DNA of 64,000 bases from Eledone cirrhosa (GCA_964016885.1 OZ024743.1:125736001-125800000), one strand, 5' to 3'; counted from the stretch's first letter, positions 1 through 14,944 are shown. The notes: generated by a model not told the origin, from the sequence alone. Translations and numbers: made by a program.

Positions 1-1250
1 TTTTGAGAAAATGGATGTTAAGTGGTGATGAAGACCTTTAATGAATGTCAACACATTCATCATCATATCACCATATTATGCCTGTTTTCCATGTTGGCAT
101 GGGCTATATGAGTTGTCATACTCTGAGACTAGACAGGTTAGATGACCACGTTTTGCATATATGTTCCATTTTGTCATGGCTATTACACAATGAATATGAT
201 ATTTAGCTTTAAAAACTTTAATCAACATATTTCAATGATGTGTGAGAGCATATTTCTGAGATAGATGATGCTATGAATAAGAGGAAAACATGATATTACT
301 ACAATATTATAGGCAGAATTGTTAGAACATACAACAAAATGCCTAGCAGTACTTGTTCCAGCTCTCTATGCTTTGAGCTCAAATCCTGTCATGGTCAACT
401 CTACCTTTTATCTTTTTGAGGTTCAGTTCAGGCAGTGGGTTAGCAGAATAATTAGAACATTGAATGAGATGTCTTGTGGTATTTCCCATGTTTTTGTGTT
501 CTGAGTTCAAATCCTGCTGTGGCCTCCTTGAACGGAAGTCTTAGTCACCCAGTTTAACAACACCAGCAGGTACTCGGGTGCCTTTAGCTGTGTCCACACT
601 ATGGCAAGCATTTAAATCAGACCTTTAGTTTGAGGATACCTACTTCAAGTCTCAGAGGTCTTGAAAAGGATCCTTCTGTCTCTGACTAAACAGTAAAAAA
701 AAAAAAAAAAGCATCTAAACAGAATAATAAAAGTTGATTTTTCTATTACACAAATAGACACTTTGGAAACTACAATTTAAAACTCCTGAAACGTAGGGCA
801 GGGCTGACTGGTGATATGCCATAGTACAAAAGACCCATCCACCTGTACAAGCACTGCAACACAAAAAGTAAAAATGCATGTGTTGAGTGACTGGAGTCTA
901 CAGTGTTGGTGATCAAACAGAGACAATATAAGGTTTGAAAGAGGACTCTTCAGTCCAGACAAACATGTGACAACCTCTCTAGTGTTGGTGCCACAATAAA
1001 ATATACCTGGTACATTCTGTAAAGTAATAGTGATGACGTTATAAAAAAATACACCCTGTAAGATGATTGGCATTTGGAAAGGCGTCCAGCCATAGAAACT
1101 ATACCAAATATGGAACATATGAGCAAGATGAAGTTGCTCTAACCCATCTGGTCTTAGACCATGACAACTTATCCAACGCATACTAGTGTGAAAAGCAGGT
1201 ATAAAATGATGATGATAATGTTAATGAGGCCTTTATGAATAAAAACTTAC

Positions 1251-1381
1251 CCGTTGAGGATTATATAGGCTGCTTTCTGCAATATCTACTTTGGTTAACA
1301 CAAAAATGGTACGTTTGCCATTTGGGTCCATCTGGCTGACGAGATCAGTTACATTACTTCGTTCAGCATCAAGAGAACCAT
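1251..1381 (-). CDS. OPA1: OPA1 GTPase exon with G4 ([44 protein letters not shown]); gene continues beyond window start
   Basis: 131 nt, phase 1 to 0; TKVD motif. Confidence 0.98.
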
Positions 1382-2762
1382 CTGTTAAGGAAGAAAGAAT
1401 GAAATGAATTCAATAATGGCAGCAAATTGTCATTAGGACATTCAATTAAATGCCTCGGTATTTGTTCTAGCTCACTGCATTCGGTGTTCAAATCTTATAA
1501 AGTTCAACTTTGCCTGTCATCCTTTCAAGATTGATACATGAAATACCAGTCCAAGGAGCAGTGGAGTGGTGGAATTGTCAAAGAAATAGACAGGATGCTT
1601 TGAAGTATCAGAACCAGTTCTGTGCATTCTGAGCTCAAATACTGCTTTCTTCTGTCAGGAGTTGCAACTGGCAGATAGTATCAGCAATGGATAAACTATT
1701 AGAAGCATTATTTCCTTGGTTTGATCTGATGATTAGCTCTTTTTTTCTTCCTTAAGTAGACATATCATAATTGTCTTGGGTTAGGGTTAAAATTAAATTA
1801 AACAAATCTGGTTTAACAATGGTGGAAGTCATCTGTGGGGTAACTTTAATGTTACTTTAGTGTTCATGGCTCTTACATAAAAAAATTCTATTATTCCTTA
1901 AAAATCAATAATTAGATTGACCCAAGATTTCTTCATGAGTTTTCCATTATTGATACTATCTGTTGGTCACAAATTCTGGTAGAAGCGTCACGACTTTTCC
2001 ACTGACAGGATGTAGGATTTGAACCTAGAATACACAGAGACGGAACAGATACTGAAAAGTATTCTGTCCAACATATTCATAATTCTGCCAATCTATCATC
2101 CTTGGACTGGTACTTTATTGATCAACAGAGAAAGTACAACAGCAAAGTTGACCTCTGAGATCTGAACTCAGAGCACAGAGAGTCAGAACAAATATCCCAA
2201 GGCATTAAATTTGATTCACTAATGACTCAGCCAAAATAGTTGCTTAATTTGGAGAATAAAACAAAACAAAACCAAGAACAGTAGAAGAAAAAAATTAACC
2301 ACATATTTAAGGCCATCAATATTCTTTGTATGACACATACATCCAGAAATTGAGTCTCATGACAGGGATAACACAGAATAGAGCTGACTGGTTATATTCC
2401 ATAATACAAACAGTCCATTTACCAGTAGAAGAACTCTGTTATTGAAAGTAAATATGGTGAGGAACTGGAGTCTGCACTGCTTGGCAATGGTGACAATATA
2501 AGGTTTCAGAGGACTCTTCAGTCTGGATGAGTATGTGCCACAATAAAATGCATCCAATACACTCTGAAAAGTGGTAGGGCTGATGCCATGAAAAATGCAC
2601 CCAGTACACTCTGTAAAGTATTTGGCATTAGGAAGAGTATCTAATCATAGAAATCTTGCAAAATATGGAACATATGAGCAAGATGAGGTTACTCTGACTC
2701 AGCTGGAATTGGACTGTAACAAACAATGCCAGCATGGAAAGTGGATGTAAAATGATAATAAT

Positions 2763-2877
2763 TGTTTCTACTTTTGGCACAAGGTCAGCAATTACCCAGT
2801 GCATTACTGGTACTTTATTTTATCGACCCTGTAAGGATGAAAGGCAAAGTTAACCTCGGCGGGATTTGAACTCAGAG
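2763..2877 (-). mobile_element. SINE family 1, 5'-truncated copy
   Basis: Same core and tail; TSD GATAATAAT; inserted in the tail of an RTE-tailed repeat. Confidence 0.85.
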
Positions 2878-3070
2878 ATAATAATGATGATACATCAACA
2901 TTGTTTTTGTGTTTTTTCATATTAACAAGAATTTTATAAGACTTTTTTTAGGCAGTATTCTACACTTGTTCTTATCTAATCTTCACATGCCAAACCACTG
3001 ACATGAACAAATGTTACTGTTTGTGATGTCAAATGCAAAGCTATGACAGAGACAACAAATACACACACAC

Positions 3071-3071
<1 letters not shown>

Positions 3072-3101
<30 letters not shown>
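3072..3101. repeat. (GT)n microsatellite
   Basis: Read directly. Confidence 0.95.
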
Positions 3102-3104
<3 letters not shown>

Positions 3105-3331
3105 TAGGAAGGGTGCCCAGCTGTAGAAGCCATAACAAAACTAAAACACATGTAAGCAAACATGGCCCCCAGCACATCTAAGAGGAGAGTAGCTCCAATT
3201 AAGTACTGACTTGATATATAACAACCAATCCAACCCATACATAAAAAAGACATGTTAAAAGATGATGATACTAAGCTATTCCTCAGTAAAAAAGAAAAAA
3301 ATTATAAATCGATTTTAAGACAACTGCTTAC

Positions 3332-3431
3332 CTTGAATGCATAAAATAATAGAATTAGGGTTTTCCATGTAACTTGAGATAAGTTTTTTAATAGATTCTC
3401 TTGTACCTGATGCTACATCAAATGTTTCTGT
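3332..3431 (-). CDS. OPA1: OPA1 GTPase exon (TETFDVASGTRESIKKLISSYMENPNSIILCIQ)
   Basis: 100 nt, phase 0 to 1; YM.NPN.IILCIQ motif. Confidence 0.98.
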
Positions 3432-3515
3432 CTGAAAAATAAATAATTTTGTCGGTTGATATGTATGTAAGAGGACAAAAAGATCCAACAAAAACACAGA
3501 GTATTTTAAAACCAT

Positions 3516-4070
3516 TTTTCCTGGAGGCTCCATGACAAGTTTCTCTACTTTCTCTTGTCCTCTGCATCCTTCTCACTAATCCCCGACTTACATTTCCTCC
3601 TCCATCATCTTCAGTCATGTCGTTCTTGATCTTCTCCTTCCTCAACATTTTTCCACATTCATTTCCATCACTCCTCTCACCCAATCTCTTTCATCCTTCT
3701 TCAGCACATGGCCCAACCATCTCATTCTATTTCTCTTCAGAACTTTGATAATTTTCTGCAATTCATTGTTTTTCCACTTTTTCAGCGATACTACACTCAT
3801 CCACTGAACCATTATCATTTCAGTTTTTTCCAGCCTTCTCTACAGCTCCACATTCATCATTCATATTTTACTCCAATAAATCATGGCATCTCATACATGC
3901 AGCATACACCTTTCTCTTCAGTTTCAATGACACTCCCCTCCTCATTAACATGTCCTTGAGTTCCCAGAATCTCTTCCATACACATTTCACTCTAGCCACT
4001 TCCACCAAGTCCAATACACCATCCCAATTGTATATTCTTTCCTTTGTGAGATCTTGTTGGACAACTTGAT
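3516..4070 (-). mobile_element. Degenerate RTE LINE 3' fragment
   Basis: ARVKCVWKRFWEL...GVSLKLKRKVY and GR...TC remnants. Confidence 0.7.
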
Positions 4071-4440
4071 TCCACAAATGAAATAATATAAGACAGATAA
4101 TTAGAAGCATGTCAGAATTGCCTACTCAATATTAACTCTTAACATCCTGTACTCCATGACATTATATTAGCAAAACATTCTTGAAAACGACATAACAGTA
4201 CCAGGACTGTGTCACATTACATATTAAAATGTTTGCTATGATGCTGTAAATTTTCACAATGATCTGTTCACTAGTAAAGATACTATACTATAAACATTTG
4301 AATTAACACTTTTTTGTAGATATTTTCTGCTAAATCATTACAATTGATGACTATAGAGATTACAGAACTTAGCAAGTGAGAGTTTGTTCAAGAAATATTA
4401 ATAGTAAAAGAGCAATCCATGAATAAATTATAATAGTTAC

Positions 4441-4512
4441 CGATATAACACCTGGCAGATCAACCAATACCATTCTTTGAAGTCCTGGACCCTTTACAGT
4501 CATTGCAATACA
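4441..4512 (-). CDS. OPA1: OPA1 GTPase exon with G3 ([24 protein letters not shown])
   Basis: 72 nt; DLPG motif. Confidence 0.98.
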
Positions 4513-5289
4513 CTGGAAAATACAAAATATTTGATAAACTTTAGAGCTGACTCACAATCTAACTATTTAAACTAAAAACTATTACTTTGATAAATATTAT
4601 GCAACATAATTGGTAGAGTTATTAGAATATATGACGAAATGACTTGTGGTATTTGTTCCAGCTTTCTCCATTCTGAATTCAAATCCCACCAAGCTCAACT
4701 TTCTTTTCATCCATTCAGAGATGATAAAATAAAGTACCAGTTCAAATCAGTGGATTGCTGGAATTGTAAATGTCAGACAAGATGCATTGTGGTATCTGTT
4801 CTGGCATTTGTGTTCAGAATTCAAATTTCCAAATGTTGACTAGGGATCTAAATCTCAATAGTCAGGGACCATAATAGATTATGAAAGCTACAATGAATAG
4901 AGGAAGATGGTGGCTGTCCACTATTGCAGTCAAACACTAATGATGATAGACATCTGGCATCTTATGTCTCTTAGTTTTGTCATCTGTACTTCTGAATAAG
5001 CAATTTCAGAGATACCACATAACCATATAAAATTTGTTAGTTTATTCATACATACAGAAGTTCCCACTATCAGATGGAACTAAATTATAGTAAGAACACT
5101 AGTAGTAAAAGTATTGAGATGAACTGGTAATCTGTATGTCAGAGATATACCAAAAGCAAAACAAGGCTGCTGTGTAGAAACAATAAATTGTAATCATCAT
5201 TGTAATCATTTTTTTATCCATAAACTACCCATTTTCACTACTAATACTACATTGTACTCCATACACAAGCATCATACAATCTGCCCATC

Positions 5290-6250
5290 ACTCACTGAAA
5301 GAAAATCCCTTTGTTGCCAGCAAAGGTAATAGCTAAATGAAAATGGTCTACCCCATTCCTACTCTAGCTACTATGCTTTTGGAGTACTCACCTCTGTTAA
5401 TTAGATGACCTAGATAATAAAAGCTATCAACTACTTAACTATTTCTAGGGAATCTACTACATATGAAGTCTTCTATTGGCTTGCCTGTGAACCCACTGCC
5501 CTTTGTGCAACTATAGTTTATATTTGGCTCACAATATGGAAATCCTATCAACTCCTTTTCTGCATATCAAGTATGGCCACTTCACCATTGGTAGTAGAGT
5601 CCTGACTTCTTTTTTGCTAACTTAAACTTCTGGTTTACTTTGTCTTGTGTTAGAAATTTGTTCTCTAATTCTTCAACAGATTCAGTTATGAGAACTAGAT
5701 CATCAACAGACAGATGATGTTAAACTCTTTTATTATGGTCTTCTGCTCATTTCTTTGAAGCAAGAATGGTGGTCATATAGCAGCTTCCCACCTCTTCTCC
5801 CAGCTCTTCACAATGAAATCTGGAAAGTCTTTTGAACTACAGAGGTTAGGGAGCATAGAGCAGACAAAACAATCTGGTTCGCCTCTCCACATTCACGGAC
5901 AATGGGGTCAGTCCTATTGATCCTCCTGTTCTTCTTTTCAGGCAGTAGAGTGTCCTGAGAAACTATAATAAACAAGATGGGGTTGAGAACTGAGTCCTGA
6001 TGAACTACATATATGCTAAATTTCATGTCAAAGTTGTTGCTAACTCTCACCTTGCTAACAGCATGTCACACAAGCTATTCTTCTACATCTAGTTTTCTTA
6101 GTAACCACCAGACTACAGACAGAGGTACCCTATCAAAGGTATTCTTCAGGTCAGTGGATGCTATGTATAAAGGCTTGCACTTTGCTAAGAACCACTTCTG
6201 TAGTTGTCTGACTACATCAGTGGTATCCCACCCTGGTACAAACACAAACA
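5290..6250 (-). mobile_element. Degenerate RTE LINE RT fragment
   Basis: RQLQ.....K.KPLYIA..DLK..FDRVP and VHQ.SVL.P.LFIIV motifs. Confidence 0.75.
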
Positions 6251-6722
6251 ACATAATTAATAAATTAACCATTAAAAAATATTTAAGTCATTTTCTGAGC
6301 CTAGAAACTCATTATGCTGAAGCTTATCTTGGTTTCATGCAGTGTTAAGCAACAGGGAGTGAAAGAATCACCCCCTCTTGAACAGAACATCAACCCACCA
6401 CATGATTAATCTCCAGATGCTGCCGCTGGCACTTATTTTGAACTGGAGCAATGTGATATAAAGTGCTTTACTTAAAGATGCAATATGTGGCCTAGTCCAA
6501 GGATTGAAACTACAATCTTAGGATCATGAGACCACAGCATAACTACTAGGCCATGCAACTTCACTATTAACAAGTAAAAGACAAATATTTTTATTTTGGC
6601 TTGATTAAATCAAATTAATTTGTAATCCAGCAAAGATGTAAAAAGTTTAGTAACAACATGGATAAGCATATAGATGATAACAATGATATTTCTGTGATAA
6701 ATTTGAATTAAAAAATATTTAC

Positions 6723-6797
6723 CTCAGTGCTGACAGTTTGACCAAGTTCCACACTAGTTTTCATTCTGACTTCAATTTCACTGCGGAGAGCAACCAA
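6723..6797 (-). CDS. OPA1: OPA1 GTPase exon (LVALRSEIEVRMKTSVELGQTVSTE)
   Basis: 75 nt, phase 0-0, AG/GT bounded. Confidence 0.97.
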
Positions 6798-7734
6798 CTA
6801 AAATACATTTTAAACCGAATTCAGTTACTATAAAAGCATGTTCAGTTCTACACAATGGAAATATTCAAAAAAGAAAAAAAAAAAGAAAAAAAGAAATATC
6901 CAGTTTAATTCATCTTTCAATTATTATTAACAGTTTATGTTCACTTTCCAAGTTGGCATTGGCTGGATGGTTGTTGCAGCTTGATCCAGTTTTTATTTGG
7001 AGTTACTACCCTCCTAGATAGGTCAGGCGACTACATCTCGCTTTTATGTTTCATTTTTGGCAAGATTTCTCCAGCTGGAAGCCCTTCCTAACACCAAATA
7101 TTTTACATTTAAAAAAAAAAACTTTTGAATATTAACATTTTACTCATCTAAGAGGCAAGATTATCTTTAAATTTCAATATATCTGAATCACACATACACA
7201 CACAAACAGAGGGTACCAGCTCTATAGTCTTAAGTTTGAATCCTGATGAAACCAATATTACCATTTATCCTTCCAGGGTTGGTAAAATAAAATATCATTC
7301 CTGAGTGACCGATTAGTGGAAATGTTAGAGTAATGAATGTAATACGTTAAAGTATTCCTGTTAGTTCTGAGTTCCAATCCTACTATGGCCTACTTGGAGA
7401 GAAGGCTTAATCCATCACCTGGCCATTAGGTTCCTTTAGCAGAGTTCATTCTGTTGTAAGCATTCGAGCCAGGTATCTAGTTTGAGGACATTTCCCTCTC
7501 TCCCTCCTACCAGTCTGGAGGACCTTGAAAAGAGTCATGGGCACTACCTTTCCCTCCAGTAAAATAACAACAATCATTGTTCTAAGTTCCTGCCAAAGTT
7601 AATAAGAAATAAATGCATGTAACATATACTGGTGTCTGTCCTATCAATTATACTTATGGCCTTGTAGTGTGCCAAAAATCATTATTGTTAAGCATTTAAA
7701 CAAGAGCCACATCAAAGCATCAACATCTACTTAC

Positions 7735-7852
7735 ATCTGATTCTTTGGTGAGATCAAATTCTCTAGTGCTATCTTTGAACTGAGCTACATGATATGGGCC
7801 TTCACTAAGTGTAACCTTTACTGGTGCTCGAGTCATCATTTCTCCTGAACCT
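7735..7852 (-). CDS. OPA1: OPA1 GTPase exon with G2 ([39 protein letters not shown])
   Basis: 118 nt, phase 2 to 0; ttacag| ... |gtaagt. Confidence 0.98.
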
Positions 7853-8259
7853 CTGTAATTGAAAACATCAGATGTTATAGTACTTTCAGACAAGACAAGA
7901 ATGAGATATATGAAACCAAATAAAAGGCTATTTAGGTTCAGAATAAATACATTTTCAGTGAGCATTTGGTTATGTTAGATATGTTATATAATACAAGTTA
8001 ATAATCACAAAAAATAGAATAAGTCACACCTCCTTCAGTCACTGACTAGTACATAAGTTACAAGTTGTTTTCCTAAATACTGTTTACAACTTCACTTGTG
8101 ATTGTGTTTAAATAAAAAGAAAACATTTAGCTAAAATAATCCCAATTATTGATAATAGTCTGGCAAAGTTCAGGAACCATAGATATCATAACAGTGTTTT
8201 TATGTCTGAAACAAACAATAAGTTGCCACTACTAATTCACTGACAATATATACCATATA

Positions 8260-8450
8260 ATTGTTTCTACTTTTTGGCACAAGGCCAGCAATTACCCAGT
8301 ACATTACTGGTACTTTTTATTTTATCGACCCCGTAAGGATGAAAGGCAAAGTTAACCTCGACGGGACTTGAACTCAGACCATAAAGGGACGTAACTATGC
8401 TAGAAAGCATGGCGTCCAACCCTCTACCGATACTTCCAATTCACCGCCCT
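8260..8450 (-). mobile_element. SINE family 1 copy
   Basis: Reverse complement of the 24931 copy; TSD ATATATACCATATAAT. Confidence 0.9.
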
Positions 8451-9615
8451 TTAAATGAATTTATATATATACCATATAATGAAGATTAGGAATACAGTTG
8501 GCTGGCTGAAAACTATACATATATGTTTTGCATACAAGGAAATAATTTTTTGTTTTTGTGCATGATACCATCAATGTATATTTGTTTACAATGCTGATAT
8601 CCATATAGGGTAAATATTAACATGGCTAACATGTCCTACATACTTAAACATTTGCTTTTGTGTGTGCTGTGAATTTGAAGCACAGAACAAGGTCTAGTAG
8701 ATATGTGTTCCACAGTTTTTGACACCTGTTTATTTTGCAAAAATCTATGACTTAACAACAAGTATATGCAATATTTAAATCCTTCAAGAGAGCAGAATAA
8801 CAAACCATTATTTGATATATAACTTATCGATGGCTAGCAGTCAGAAATAAATATAAAAGACTATTGTAGAAGAATTTCTTAAATATTATTAAATAGTCTG
8901 AAACTGCAAAATTCAATACTCTCAGAAAAATCAAAATAATTCTTTTAAATTATAAGTTTATCCCAAGCCTAAAAACTCATTAGGCTGGAGCTTATCACAG
9001 TTTCATTTGCTCTAAGCAACTGAGGTACAGAGGGACTCTGAGCTTGTTGAGTAGACAGACTGCTCAAAATTTATCCATGGATAAATTCATTTAAATTTGG
9101 TAGTGAAAAGATTGAAGACCTCTGATTTTAAAAAATCATCATCATTCAACTCTTAACACCTTACAATGATTTAGCAGAAAATATCTAAAGATGAGTTTGT
9201 CGATTCTAATGTTTATAGTATCTTTACTAGAGAACAGATTATTGTGAAACTTTGTAATATTAAAGGCTGATTTTTAATGTGTTACATAGTTTTGTTTTAT
9301 ACGTTTTCAAGAATATGTTTGCTAATGCGGTTTCATGCTGTACAGAACGTTTAATGTTAATATTCGTTTCAGTTTTTTTCCAAGCTGTAATATGTTGGGT
9401 AGGATGTCACAGATCAAGTCAGTACCTAATAAATTTACTGTGCTCTCACTGATTGACAGGCTGAGGGCCCCACATCTTGCTTTCTACTGTTCTAGTTTTA
9501 GTATGGTGTCTATGGCAGGATGCCCCTCCTATCACCAACCACTTTACAGAGTGTACTGGATGTGTTTTATCATAAATGTATTGACGAATGAATGCAAGAA
9601 TTACAATCTATATTA

Positions 9616-9714
<99 letters not shown>

Positions 9715-10661
9715 CTAAAATAAGATAGGTGTATAAATTAAAATATGATACTGAAGGAAATCAAATAACTTTAATTGTTGAGTGAAGATGATGATGATGA
9801 TGGTGGTATTCTCTAATATAACATTTACACTGCTTTAATAATTTTAGCCAAATGCAGACATAATGAATTAATTTTCTCTAAGTTTATTTGTTTAATTTAT
9901 TTATATATTTTTATTTATTTACCTACTGTTGTCTTTCATCCTTTTCAAGTACTGATGTCAGTTCTTCTTCTATATCTTTCTCTCGCTTCCATTCTCTAAC
10001 TTGCTCTATCCTTCTCTGGAAGAAATTTGGTGTATTGAAACCTGGAGAGGGATGAGCTCTGCCAGGTTTTAAAAATGCCCTAGAAACACTGTATGTCAAT
10101 ATGCCCCCCACCCACCCCCCACGACTCACTCAGGAGTTACGGGACTAAGATAAGACAAGACCTATAGTTGCAAACATATGCTTCCAAAATTATTTCTCAT
10201 CTAATGGGTAACATTCAGAATTATAAATCTCTCTACTAAAATGATGATGATTATGATTTACTAAATATAGGGTGGCCCATAAATAGCTTTTTTATAGTTT
10301 TATAACGTTTTTGCCAATAATTTATTTTTAACTTTTAATTCAGATTTTGAAAATACATTAACTGGAAATTCATTATGAAAAAATTCAGGATGGGCAATGA
10401 ATAAAAATCATTATGAAATTAAAAAAAAAAATATATGAAATATTAACAAACAAAAGTGACTTAGGGGCCATTCTTTGTATGATGGAAGTTTCAGTCCATT
10501 ATTTTATAAGTTAGCTTGACAAAGGTTCTTACAGAAAATTGTGATTGAAAGGTTTTAGATAAAGAGGAACACATTAAAACGAACAGTTTAGTATCATAGA
10601 GTCAAAGACAATTTCAGGCAGTTTGCTATTAAAAAGATCAATTAAATAATTTCTAACCTAC

Positions 10662-10748
10662 CCTCGGTAGATTATCTTGAGTTTTGTAGCTAGAATCATA
10701 ATCTGCAAGTTCATCAAGCACATCAGAATACATATCGATGAGAGATTT
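10662..10748 (-). CDS. OPA1: OPA1 exon ([29 protein letters not shown])
   Basis: 87 nt; diagnostic [11 protein letters not shown]...QD.LPR motif. Confidence 0.98.
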
Positions 10749-10869
10749 CTGGAAAAGAGAGAATTATGAAAATTGTTTTAAAAAATAAATTCATATTTCA
10801 AGAAATAATCTCATAAAAATAACAACATTACTATTTTATGTTAAAACACTTGGAATATTATTTAGCGTA

Positions 10870-12270
10870 CAGGTTGGCATCCACCAGGGCTGTTCTTAGC
10901 CCTCTCCTCTTGTTTATTATTGTACTACAGGCTATAACAGAGGAGTTTAAGGCCGGCTGCCCATGGGAGCTCCTGCATGTGGATGATCTCACACTCAGTG
11001 AAATCTATGGTAGAACTAGAGAGGAAATTACAAACATAGAAGCAGGGCCTTGAAAAAGGGGTCTTAAAATCAACCTGACAAAGATTAAGGTCCTAGTAAG
11101 TAGAAGAGAAAAAAGAACCCTCATCCCCTCAGGGAAATGTCCTTGCTCAGTCGGTAAGAAAGGTGTAGGTAGGAATTCTATCCTCTGCCCCAAATGCAAA
11201 CTATGGGTACACAAGAGATGTAGTGAGTTCTCAGGAAGTTTAGCTAAAAACGTAAGCTTTACATGAAGCGGTTGCACTAGGACTGTAAGCAGTAAATGGT
11301 CACTATCAAATTCTGGGAAGGCTCAGTAGAAACAGTTGGCAGTTTCTGCTACCTGGGTGACCAAATTAGCAGTGGATGTGGTTGTTCTGAAAGTATAGTA
11401 GCCAGAGTAAAAATGGAAGAAGTTCAGGGAGCTACTACCACTGCTAGCTACAAAAGGCTTTTCCCTCAAAATGAACGCCAGACTGTATGATGTGTGCATA
11501 CAAACAAAATGTTGCATGGAAGTGAATCCTGGGTGCTGTGTGCAGAAGACTTGCGTAGATTGGAAAGGAATGAAGCTTGAATGCTCCGATGGATGTGTAA
11601 TAGTAATATACATGAACGGTAAAGCATAAACATACTGAGAGAGAAATTAGGCATAAGAGAAATCAGATGCAGTGTGCAAGAGAGGAGATTGCATTGGTAT
11701 GGACATGTGATGCATATGAAGGATAGCAGCTGCATAAAAAGGTGCAAAGCACTCAAAGTCAATAGAAGCCGTGGTGTGGGGAGACCCAGGAAGACTTGGA
11801 ATGAGGTGATAAAAGCTGACTTTGCCCAGTTGCACCTCTCAAACACAATAAGCAGAACCAAGATCTCTGGTGTTACGCAGTAATACAAAAGATCCAACTT
11901 CCCACCGGCATAGGCTGAAGATGAAACATACGTATAATATACCCCACCCCACCCACACATCTCCCATGCGGACAAACTGAAGTATACATCTAGTGAAGTC
12001 TCCAGACCACACTGTAAAGTGGTCATGTAGGTGTCATGGCAAAAAGCACCCAGTCCACATTGTAAAGTGGTTGTGTAAACAAAATGACAAAAAGCACCCA
12101 GTACTCACTGTAAATGAGGTTGGTGCTAGGAAGGGCATCCAGCTGTAGAAACCAAGCCAAAATTTGTTTCTGTATGAGCGTGAAATGGCCACTTCACCTA
12201 GCATTGATCACAACAGGGTAACTCATGCCAAGTTGAAAAAATGGATGTTAAACGATGATGATGATAATGA
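10870..12270 (+). mobile_element. RTE-clade LINE 3' fragment with repeat-family tail ending in (GAT)n
   Basis: LSPLLF..VLQA, degenerate YADDL, FCYLG, RRLHWYGHV, GRPRKTW; many stops. Confidence 0.85.
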
Positions 12271-13418
12271 TTCACTGTGTTGATTCCCTTCCTCTTTTAG
12301 TCACCCCTCCCTCTCATTTACCTTTCATCCCTGTTTATTTCTCAAAACGTCATTCATATAACATTGACAGAAAGATAAATTACATGCAAATGACTAAATT
12401 TCAGAGTTGTTCTTGTTTGACAAGTGTCATGATCTGAGACTGTGTGTTGAAAGTAATTACACTGCCAAAGAACTATTTTAACCATCCAAAAAGCACATAG
12501 AAACTGTTACATTCTTTTTACATTTATCATTTATTTCATGGTGTCAAACTTTTTGTCACCATGTTTGCAGCCAAATCAGAAGTAAATGTCAAATACAGAG
12601 AACTTCAGTTTTTGTAGGGCTCTTTAATGGTTAAAATAATTCTTCTATGATGAAAATGCCTAAATTCGACAAAAAAAAAAAATGTCAGTCTATATTATTA
12701 TAATTATCATCATCATCATCATTGTTTTTATATCTGCTTTTCCATGCCGGCATGGGCTGGATGAGACTTTTTGAAGCAGTTTTTTCTATGGTCACATGTC
12801 CTTCCTGATGCCAACTCATACTTTCATTTGTTTGGTATATACTATTCATCTTTGTCCAGCTAGCCAGCTGCATGTCATATTGTTTATGTGGGACACAAAC
12901 AAACATCACAGCTTACTTTAAATGGTGTTAATAAGAAGATGCATGGAGATAGATGCATGTACGCACACACACGACAGACTTCCTCCTACTTTCCATCTCC
13001 AAAATTCATTCATAAGCCATTGGGAAGTCTGAAATGTGTTTCATAATCAAAAGTCCAGAGTTCAATCCAACTGTGTGGCATCTTGAGCACAGGTTTTTAT
13101 CATAACCTCATGTCAGCCTATGCCATGTAAGTGAATTACAGTAAACAGAAACTGTGTGAAAGCCTGCTATCTTCAAAGGTCACATTTTGTTTTAAACCAA
13201 TTCAACCCAAGAATTTATGTTGAGAATACATGTCAGTAGAATACTCGTCCATTTACTCATTAACTTAATGAGTAAATAGCTCAGTTGATGAAACAAAAGA
13301 ATGCTCACCATCAAAATCAACAGAGGATCTGTCTAATCCATAACCTGCCATAAACTCTGAAATAAATACATGTTAATCTGAAAGAGGAAACATACTTTAA
13401 TAATAAATATACACCAAC

Positions 13419-13523
13419 CTTCATTGTTCTCTTTTTACCATTCCTTTGATCTTTTAAAATCAACTGTTTGCGAAGTTCTCTAACATCCTTCTCTAAACGA
13501 TCAACTTCTTTTTGGTAGCGTAT
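13419..13523 (-). CDS. OPA1: OPA1 coiled-coil exon (IRYQKEVDRLEKDVRELRKQLILKDQRNGKKRTMK)
   Basis: 105 nt, phase 0-0, AG/GT bounded; OPA1-like sequence. Confidence 0.96.
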
Positions 13524-14239
13524 CTAACAAAGAAGATATATATATATTTAGATAAATATTTATGTACATATATATATTCACACATCATCATTACCAATAG
13601 TATTACATCTATTACCTACATACATTAAGCAGTTCAGTTTGTTTTCATATTTTTAATTAGTTCTTTACCAATGGCATTACATTTATTACCTACACACATT
13701 AAGCAGTTCAGTTTGTTTATATATTTCTAACTGATTCAAACTTAACGTGAGAATCTTTATCACCCCTAACCTATCCTTATTTGATAGCTAAACCCTCATT
13801 CTTATATACTCATACCACTTTGTTTCATTTCGCAGGTTTGATATTTAGGAAGTGAAAATGTATTTTTCAGTCGTATTTATTTCAAATTTGAAAATATAGT
13901 CACTTCAATACAAATAACTATAGATAATTGTTGATAACTATTAATAATAGTTGAAAAAAGGACAGAAATGACTTGACTACAGGGATTCAAACCATGCATC
14001 TCTTGCCAACTATTTATTTTTTTAACTATTATTTATAGGGAGGAACTATTATTATAGTTATCTGCATTGGGGCAACTACATTTTCAAATTTCCCAAACCT
14101 TCGTGCCAACTGCATATTTATATACATTTAATTTTCTTAACCTTGGATTTAAGATGTAGTGACTTTTTAATACAGAATTTTAGGATTAAACAATGTGTCT
14201 TATATTTCAACAATTATAGCAAGACATTCTTAATTATCT

Positions 14240-14944
14240 TGTAACAGAATACTCCTGTTTTACTTGGCGAAGATTCAAAACCGAGTCTGGGGTTTCTCGC
14301 CTCTAAGACCACCTATTGTTGGGAGTTTCCCACCATTGTCCTGTCAAGAGACAAGTATGATAAACGTACATACCACTTGACCTGTGACCCCAGGTTCCTG
14401 ACAGATGAAACACACATGGCTACTCATAAATCAACCCCTATACACATCCTTCTAGCTATAGGGTTATTATAAATACAAGTACTTAGGGAATCCAACAGAG
14501 AGACCCCGAAGCAGCAGTCCGTGAGAGATAATGATGTAGCCATCAGCAGACCTTTTACTCTTTTTCTCCCGTGGCCTCAGGCTCTCACATTTTATACCCG
14601 CTCAGCAGATTGACCACTACTACTAGGAATAATGAATACTAAGGATAGACACATGCACACACGCAGTAGGTTTACTTATACTGTTTACTTCTATGCTTTA
14701 TCTATTCTTTCGGCTTCCTGTTATTTCACATCTATTATATCATTGTATTGATACATGCATACACGCTAGCTCGAAGTAGCTAGTCAGTAAATAATGTAGT
14801 GAATTGCTGTCACAAATTTATTATTCGATGTTCGATGTACCAACAAGTGAATATTGTTATCGTAAAATAAACATTGTCAATATCACAATTCTGGCATTAT
14901 TCTTTTTATCATTCATCCTGAAAAGAATACATTTATCCACTACA
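14240..14944 (+). mobile_element. Solo LTR (705 bp)
   Basis: TGTA...TACA termini with 4-bp TSD ATCT (14236-14239 and 14945-14948). TATAAATA near 14468 and AATAAA near 14865. Confidence 0.8.

Noticed and set aside
777-1181. 134-aa ORF and many other 60-130 aa ORFs in the track
   Set aside because: They overlap SINE/RTE-tail repeats or microsatellites and have no coding signature.
10268-10479. Possible Tc1/mariner MITE (TAGGGTGGCCCATAA...TTAGGGGCCATTCTTTGTA); similar candidate at ~28000-28160
   Set aside because: TIRs too degenerate to call confidently by eye.
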